Origin: an uncultured Bacteroidales bacterium
GTDB lineage: Bacteria > Bacteroidota > Bacteroidia > Bacteroidales > GWA2-32-17
Assembly: GCA_964431135.1 (NCBI GenBank)
Contig: CAYSIN010000002.1
Location: forward strand, 1,811 to 65,810
Direction: 5' to 3'
Length of the DNA stretch: 64,000 nt
Shown here: positions 58,750-64,000 of the stretch, in pieces
Numbering within the stretch: the stretch's first letter is position 1
How the letters are laid out: every line of letters begins with the position of its first letter
The notes under the pieces: generated by a model
What the model was told of the DNA's origin: nothing
Databases searched by the model: none
Seen by the model: only the letters and a program-made list of their open reading frames with translations
Program-made: the position numbers and the translations under genes

Positions 58750-60279
58750 TCAAAGTCCTTTTCTTAAACGTGCAACGGGTATTTTCAATTGTTCGCGATA
58801 TTTAGCAACGGTACGACGCGCAACATTAAGTCCTTCTTTTTTCAGAATGGCTGCTAGTTCTTCATCGGTAATAGGATTTTTTTTATCTTCTTGAACAATT
58901 AAATGATGAATACGTTCTTTAACTTTATAGGTAGAAATTACTTCATCATCATCTGTAGTAAGCGATTCACTAAAAAACGATTTCAACGAATAAACGCCAT
59001 GAGGAGTTAACACATATTTATTGCTGACTACTCTGGAAACCGTGCTAATATCAAAGCCGGTGAGGTCTGCCACGTCTTTTAATATCATAGGTTTTAACAA
59101 CGAACGTTCTCCTTCCATAAAAAAGGATTTTTGAATGGCTGCAATGGCTTGCATGGTAGTTAAAAGTGTATTTTGCCGTTGTTGTATGGCATCGATAAAC
59201 CATTTTGCCGATTCAATTTTTTGCTTGGCAAACTGCATGGCTTCCTTGCTACGCGATTTAATTTCTTTTGCGGATGATTTAGATTTTTTCTCGAGTTCAT
59301 GAAGCATGTCCTGAAACGTTTTACTCACATGCAAATCGGGAGCATATTTTGAATTCAGCGAAACCGTTAATTCGTTATCTTCTATGTCAATAATAAAATC
59401 GGGTATTAACTGATTTTTGGCTGTTTCGTACCTGTCTGAATAAGTGTATCCGGGGTTAAAACTTAGATGTTGAATTTCGTTCATAGCATCTTTGAGTTGC
59501 TGTGGTGTCAGATTTAATTTTCGCTGAATTTGCGGATAGTGTTTTTTCATCAGTTCATTAAAACACGTGTTAATGATTTTTATAGCATTGTCTATGCTTT
59601 CGGATTTATCTTTTCTGGATAATTGAATTTGCAAGCATTCCTGAATATTTCGTGCAGCAACACCCGGCGGGTCAAGTGCTTGAATTTTGAGAAGCACGTT
59701 TTCTATTTCCTGTGCATTGGCTTCCATGTTATAAGAAAAGGCTATATCGTTTGCCATTGATTCGATGTCGCGTTGCAAAAAACCTTTTTCATCGAGGTTA
59801 CCAATAATATATTCGGCAATCATTTTTTCCTTTTCGGTTACATCAAGAAGACTTAATTGTTGAATTAAATTTTCTATAAACGAATCCTGACTGGAAAAAA
59901 TAAACTCCTTATGTTCATCATCAGCAGAAATGTTGTTGGTTTGTAAGTTGTAATAAGGTGTTTCATCGGTGTCTTCTTCGCTCATATAATCTTCGTATGA
60001 AAAATCATCTTCTTCCGATTTGGTATCTGTTTCTGTATTGACATCTGTGTCTTCATTTTCTTCGGAATCCACTTTTTCTATTTCATCAATAGTATCATTG
60101 TCGTTTGTTTCAGGAATAATGTCTTCTTCATCGCCTTCTTCAAGGGCAGGGTTTTCTTCCAATTCTTTTTTTATTCGCTGTTCCAATTCCATCATGGGTA
60201 TTTCGAGCATTTTAATAAGTTGAATCTGCTGTGGAGAAAGTTTTTGTAGAAGTTTTTGCTGTAATTTTTGTTCTAACAT
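58750..60279 (-). CDS. rpoN: RNA polymerase sigma-54 factor
   Basis: 509 aa. N-terminal Q/L-rich region, acidic linker and RpoN box ARRTVAKYRE. Confidence 0.9.
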   Translation of the reverse strand: MLEQKLQQKLLQKLSPQQIQLIKMLEIPMMELEQRIKKELEENPALEEGDEEDIIPETNDNDTIDEIEKVDSEENEDTDVNTETDTKSEEDDFSYEDYMSEEDTDETPYYNLQTNNISADDEHKEFIFSSQDSFIENLIQQLSLLDVTEKEKMIAEYIIGNLDEKGFLQRDIESMANDIAFSYNMEANAQEIENVLLKIQALDPPGVAARNIQECLQIQLSRKDKSESIDNAIKIINTCFNELMKKHYPQIQRKLNLTPQQLKDAMNEIQHLSFNPGYTYSDRYETAKNQLIPDFIIDIEDNELTVSLNSKYAPDLHVSKTFQDMLHELEKKSKSSAKEIKSRSKEAMQFAKQKIESAKWFIDAIQQRQNTLLTTMQAIAAIQKSFFMEGERSLLKPMILKDVADLTGFDISTVSRVVSNKYVLTPHGVYSLKSFFSESLTTDDDEVISTYKVKERIHHLIVQEDKKNPITDEELAAILKKEGLNVARRTVAKYREQLKIPVARLRKGL

Positions 60280-60360
60280 AATTTTTTTTCTATAAAAACG
60301 TGATTATGCAAAAAATGTTTCAACAATAAGACCTTATTTATTCACTTTATGTAAGGAGAA

Positions 60361-61746
60361 TTAAAATTCTGCATTTTTGGGTGTTCTTGGAAAAGGAATG
60401 ACATCGCGAATGTTTGCCATACCGGTTATAAATAATATTAATCGTTCAAAACCAAGTCCAAAGCCACTATGAGGTGCTGTACCGAACTTGCGAGTATCGA
60501 GATACCACCAAACATCTTTTTCGGAGAGTTTTAATTCGGTGATACGGTTTTTTAATTTTTCATAATTTTCTTCACGTTGTGAACCGCCAATAATTTCACC
60601 TATTTTGGGGAACAAAACGTCCATAGCACGAACCGTTTTACCGTCGTCGTTTTGCTTCATATAAAAAGCCTTTATTTCTTTGGGATAATCGGTAAGGATA
60701 ACGGGACGTTTAAAATGTTTTTCTACCAGATAGCGTTCATGTTCCGATTGGAGGTCACATCCCCAGAAAACGGGAAATTCAAATTTTTCGCCCGATGCTG
60801 TTAAAATGTCAATGGCTTTGGTGTATGTCAATCGTTCAAACGAATGGTCAAGTACAAATTGCAGTCGTGGCAAAAGTTCCTTATCGTACATGTCGTTTAG
60901 GAATTGCAAATCGTCATCGCAATGCTCCAACGCATAACGAACAAGAAATTTAATAAAATCCTCTGCCAAATCCATGTTATCATTAATATCATAAAAAGCC
61001 ATTTCGGGTTCAATCATCCAAAACTCTGCCAGATGTCGGGGGGTGTTGGAATTTTCTGCTCTAAAGGTAGGTCCAAAGGTATATACATCCGACAATGCCA
61101 GTGCAGCCAACTCGGCTTCTAATTGTCCAGACACGGTAAGATTTGTTTGCTTACCAAAAAAATCCTGAGAATAATCAATGTTTCCTTTGTCGTCGCGGGG
61201 TGGGTTGTTCATATCAAGCGTTGTAACCTGAAACATTTGCCCGGCACCTTCGGCATCGCTTCCTGTAATAACCGGTGAATTTAGATATACAAATCCTTTG
61301 GCGTTAAAATAATAATGAATGGCATACGCCATGTGATGACGTATTCTTAATACTGCGCCAAAAGTGTTGGTACGTGGACGTAAATGTGCAATGCCGCGTA
61401 AGAATTCAAGACTGTGTCCTTTTTTTTGAAGTGGATATATTTCGGAATCACACGTGCCGTATAGTTCTATTTCTTTAACATGAAGTTCAACTTGCTGCCC
61501 CTGACCCTGTGATGGTACCAGAGTTCCCATGGCTTTGATGCAGGAACCAGTAGTAATGGATTTTAAAAATTCTTCGCTAAATGACTGTGTATCAACAACC
61601 AATTGAATATTATGAATGATGGAGCCGTCGTTCAAGGCAATAAAATGAACATTCTTGTTTCCACGATGCGTACGTACCCAACCTTTTACTACATATTCCT
61701 TATTTATTTCTGCTTTCAGCAAATCGACAATTTTTATTCTATCCAT
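60361..61746 (-). CDS. asnS: Asparagine--tRNA ligase
   Basis: 461 aa class IIb aaRS. FRAE, GSQRE and GFGLGFERL motifs. Confidence 0.9.
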   Translation of the reverse strand: MDRIKIVDLLKAEINKEYVVKGWVRTHRGNKNVHFIALNDGSIIHNIQLVVDTQSFSEEFLKSITTGSCIKAMGTLVPSQGQGQQVELHVKEIELYGTCDSEIYPLQKKGHSLEFLRGIAHLRPRTNTFGAVLRIRHHMAYAIHYYFNAKGFVYLNSPVITGSDAEGAGQMFQVTTLDMNNPPRDDKGNIDYSQDFFGKQTNLTVSGQLEAELAALALSDVYTFGPTFRAENSNTPRHLAEFWMIEPEMAFYDINDNMDLAEDFIKFLVRYALEHCDDDLQFLNDMYDKELLPRLQFVLDHSFERLTYTKAIDILTASGEKFEFPVFWGCDLQSEHERYLVEKHFKRPVILTDYPKEIKAFYMKQNDDGKTVRAMDVLFPKIGEIIGGSQREENYEKLKNRITELKLSEKDVWWYLDTRKFGTAPHSGFGLGFERLILFITGMANIRDVIPFPRTPKNAEF

Positions 61747-61758
61747 ACAGTGGTAAGT

Positions 61759-63309
61759 TTAAAGTTCAATTTCGTTTTTATGAATGTTATATACATGATA
61801 TTCCAGAAATGGCAATTGGCTTTGAGCCTTTATTTTTATAATACGTTTGTATTTAAAACACCATTTTAAACGGATGGAAAAGAAACCGCGTTTTAAATAG
61901 GCAGCCACATAAGGGTTTGCTTTAATATAGAAATATTTATAGGGTGTTTTTTCTGTTAAATATTCCAAATAACTTTCTATTTGATTATTAACAAGCAAAG
62001 TGCTTTCCATTTTTCCTGTACCGTTGCAGTTTGGACATTTTTCTACGGTTACAATATTTACTTCGGGTCGTACGCGTTGACGTGTTATTTGCATAAGGCC
62101 AAATTTGCTTACCGGTAAAATATTGTGTCGTACTCTGTCTTTTTCCATAAGTGTTTTCATGTACTTGTAAAGTGTAACTTTATTTTGCGGTTTGTACATG
62201 TCAATAAAATCAATAACAATAATTCCGCCGATGTCTCTAAGTCTTAGTTGACGTGCAATTTCTTCGGCTGCGAGCATATTTACTTCGAGTGCGTATTGTT
62301 CCTGGTCGTTTGCATTAGCCTGACGGTGTCCACTGTTGACGTCAATTACATGTAATGCTTCGGCATGTTCTATAATTAAATATATCCCCGATTTCAACGT
62401 AACCGTTTTTCCAAATAATGATTTTATTTGTTTATTTATGCCAAACTGTTCAAATAGGGGAGTATTGCCATGATAGTATTTGATAATTTTTTCCTTTTCG
62501 GGTTCAATGGTTTGAATAAAAGAACGCACTGTATCTGTCAACGTTTTATCGTTTATATAAATATTGGTAAACGATTCGTTGAGCATATCGCGCAGTATGG
62601 CAGCCGTGCGGTCTATTTCGCCAAGGATAAGATAGGGTGGCTTTGTCTGATAAAGTTTTTTAAATGCCTGTTCCCATTTCTGAATAAGTTCTCTCAGTTC
62701 GGCATCAAGTTCCTGAATATGTTTACCTTCGGCGGCTGTACGAACAATAACCCCATAATTATCGGGCAAAATGCTTTCTATAAGATGTTTGAGCCGTTCG
62801 TGTTCTTCTACGGATTTTATTTTTTGAGAAACGGAAATCTTTTTAGAAAAAGGTACCAGTACCATATTTCTTCCTGCAATGGAAATCTCGGACGTTAATC
62901 GTGGCCCTTTTGTCGAAATAGGTTCTTTAGCAATTTGCACCACAATAGACTGCCCTACTTTAAGTACTTGATTTATTTTTCCGTTTTTGCTAATATCTTC
63001 TCTTGTATGAAATATGTTTAGTGAGGTGTTGTTGTTGAGTTGATGAATGGATTGTGTAGCATATTCCTGCAAGGATTGAAATTGCGGACCTAAATCGAGA
63101 TAATGTAAAAAAGCATCTTTTTTATAACCTACGTCAATAAAGGCTGCGTTCTGCCCCGGCATAATCTTCTTAACTCTACCTAAATAGATATCACCAACGC
63201 TAAATTGAAGATTGTTTTTTTCTTTGCTAAATTCAACAAGAGTTTTATCTTCGAGAAGAGCAATGTTTATTTCATCGGCATTGGCTTCAATAAATAATTC
63301 TCGTACCAC
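61759..63309 (-). CDS. rng: Rne/Rng family ribonuclease (RNase G/E-like)
   Basis: 516 aa. S1 domain (GDIYLGRVKKI), DVNSG and IIVIDFIDM motifs. Confidence 0.85.
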   Translation of the reverse strand: MVRELFIEANADEINIALLEDKTLVEFSKEKNNLQFSVGDIYLGRVKKIMPGQNAAFIDVGYKKDAFLHYLDLGPQFQSLQEYATQSIHQLNNNTSLNIFHTREDISKNGKINQVLKVGQSIVVQIAKEPISTKGPRLTSEISIAGRNMVLVPFSKKISVSQKIKSVEEHERLKHLIESILPDNYGVIVRTAAEGKHIQELDAELRELIQKWEQAFKKLYQTKPPYLILGEIDRTAAILRDMLNESFTNIYINDKTLTDTVRSFIQTIEPEKEKIIKYYHGNTPLFEQFGINKQIKSLFGKTVTLKSGIYLIIEHAEALHVIDVNSGHRQANANDQEQYALEVNMLAAEEIARQLRLRDIGGIIVIDFIDMYKPQNKVTLYKYMKTLMEKDRVRHNILPVSKFGLMQITRQRVRPEVNIVTVEKCPNCNGTGKMESTLLVNNQIESYLEYLTEKTPYKYFYIKANPYVAAYLKRGFFSIRLKWCFKYKRIIKIKAQSQLPFLEYHVYNIHKNEIEL

Positions 63310-63378
63310 AGTATCGATTTTATGAAACAGAAAAAAACCTATAGCACCCTATAGGTTTTTCATTAAAATTAAAAACCT

Positions 63379-63474
63379 CTAACGGATTTTTTTCTTATGA
63401 CGATTTTTACGTAAACCCTTTTTACGTTTATGAACCGCCATCTTATGTCTTTTATGTTTTTTTCCACACGGCAT
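63379..63474 (-). CDS. 31-aa highly basic peptide, bS22 / AURKAIP1-COX24-like small ribosomal protein candidate
   Basis: Hand translation: MPCGKKHKRHKMAVHKRKKGLRKNRHKKKIR*. It is below the 60-aa cut-off of the ORF track and lies between hup and rng on the same strand. Confidence 0.55.
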   Translation of the reverse strand: MPCGKKHKRHKMAVHKRKKGLRKNRHKKKIR

Positions 63475-63485
63475 AATCAAACGTT

Positions 63486-63773
63486 TTATTTTTTTACATT
63501 AGTTTTAACTTCCTGTACAAATGATTTGGCAGGTTTAAACGAAGGTATAAAATGTTCAGGAATAATAATGGTAGTATTCTTGGAAATATTGCGTGCTGTT
63601 TTTTTAGCACGTTTTTTCAATACAAAACTACCAAAACCACGAAGATAAACATTGTTCCCATGAATCATAGAATCTTTCATGATTTCCATAAATGTTTCAA
63701 CAGATTTTTGAATTAAAACCTTTTCAATTCCCGTTTTCTTGGAAATTTCATTTACAATATCTGCTTTTGTCAT
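63486..63773 (-). CDS. hup: HU family DNA-binding protein
   Basis: 95 aa. MTKADIVNEISKKTG..., GFGSF and RNISKNTTIIIP arm. A TATATTTG box lies on the minus strand at 63818-63825. Confidence 0.9.
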   Translation of the reverse strand: MTKADIVNEISKKTGIEKVLIQKSVETFMEIMKDSMIHGNNVYLRGFGSFVLKKRAKKTARNISKNTTIIIPEHFIPSFKPAKSFVQEVKTNVKK

Positions 63774-63895
63774 AACGTATAAATTTAATTAGTTGATTTA
63801 TATATTTTTTTAGCCTGCAAATATAGATATTATTTTTATACAAAAAATTAATTCCTTTATTTTTATAAAAAAAAAGTGCATTTTTGTGCCAAATT

Positions 63896-64000
63896 ATGGA
63901 TTCTGTAAAGAAAATTTATAACTGGTATTTAAAAAATAAACGCGAATTGCCTTTTCGTAATACGCAGAATCCTTATTATATATGGGTATCGGAAATAATA
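63896..64000 (+). CDS. mutY: Partial CDS (N-terminus): A/G-specific adenine glycosylase MutY-like
   Basis: The hand translation [35 protein letters not shown] matches the MutY N-terminal W..R.LP.R....PY.IWVSEI pattern. It runs off the window. Confidence 0.55.
   Translation, partial: MDSVKKIYNWYLKNKRELPFRNTQNPYYIWVSEII

Noticed and set aside
63430-63648. 72-aa plus-strand ORF
   Set aside because: It is antisense to hup and to the small basic bS22-like ORF. It is a shadow ORF.

Overview
Low-GC chromosomal window that looks Bacteroidota-like. The basis is a T9SS C-terminal sorting domain, TAnnTTTG -7 promoter boxes, an 11-subunit nuo operon without nuoEFG, a 286-aa RpoD and an RpoN; this is inference, no search was run. 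From 30 kb to 64 kb the content is ordinary housekeeping: cls, mreBCD-mrdA-rodA, purH, rfbACD/uxs/ugd, rpoD, glnA-like, rpoN, asnS, rng, hup and the start of mutY. The left half holds two large energy-metabolism operons, hdrCBA-flxDCBA-like (5295-11893) and nuoABCD-HIJKLMN (14839-25127). These sit in intergenic DNA unusually rich in repeat modules and long hairpins. The main candidate for something new is an orphan two-gene unit at 12252-14364, wedged between those operons. It pairs a 275-aa protein showing the motif order of a class III nucleotidyl-cyclase/palm domain with a 415-aa protein whose helical C-terminus carries HEPN-like R..H motifs. The unit has its own promoter and leader and is followed by a 134-nt hairpin element. 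This fits a signalling-enzyme plus RNase-effector (abortive-infection-like) logic, but it does not match canonical Pycsar or CBASS partner architectures. Other notable features are listed here. (1) Three 132-137-nt attC-like hairpins all end in GTTAGCAA. (2) A promoter plus leader of about 140 nt is duplicated upstream of two unrelated genes. (3) Direct repeats flank the hdr-flx operon. (4) A 153-bp tandem array is seeded from the tRNA-Ser 3' end. (5) A four-helix-bundle (23S-IVS/Avd-like) gene with 11-bp inverted repeats is inserted inside the nuo operon. (6) A small decayed island at 25.1-30.1 kb carries Rpn-like PD-(D/E)XK genes. All functional calls come from reading the translated ORFs and motifs by eye. 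No database search, fold prediction or statistics were run.
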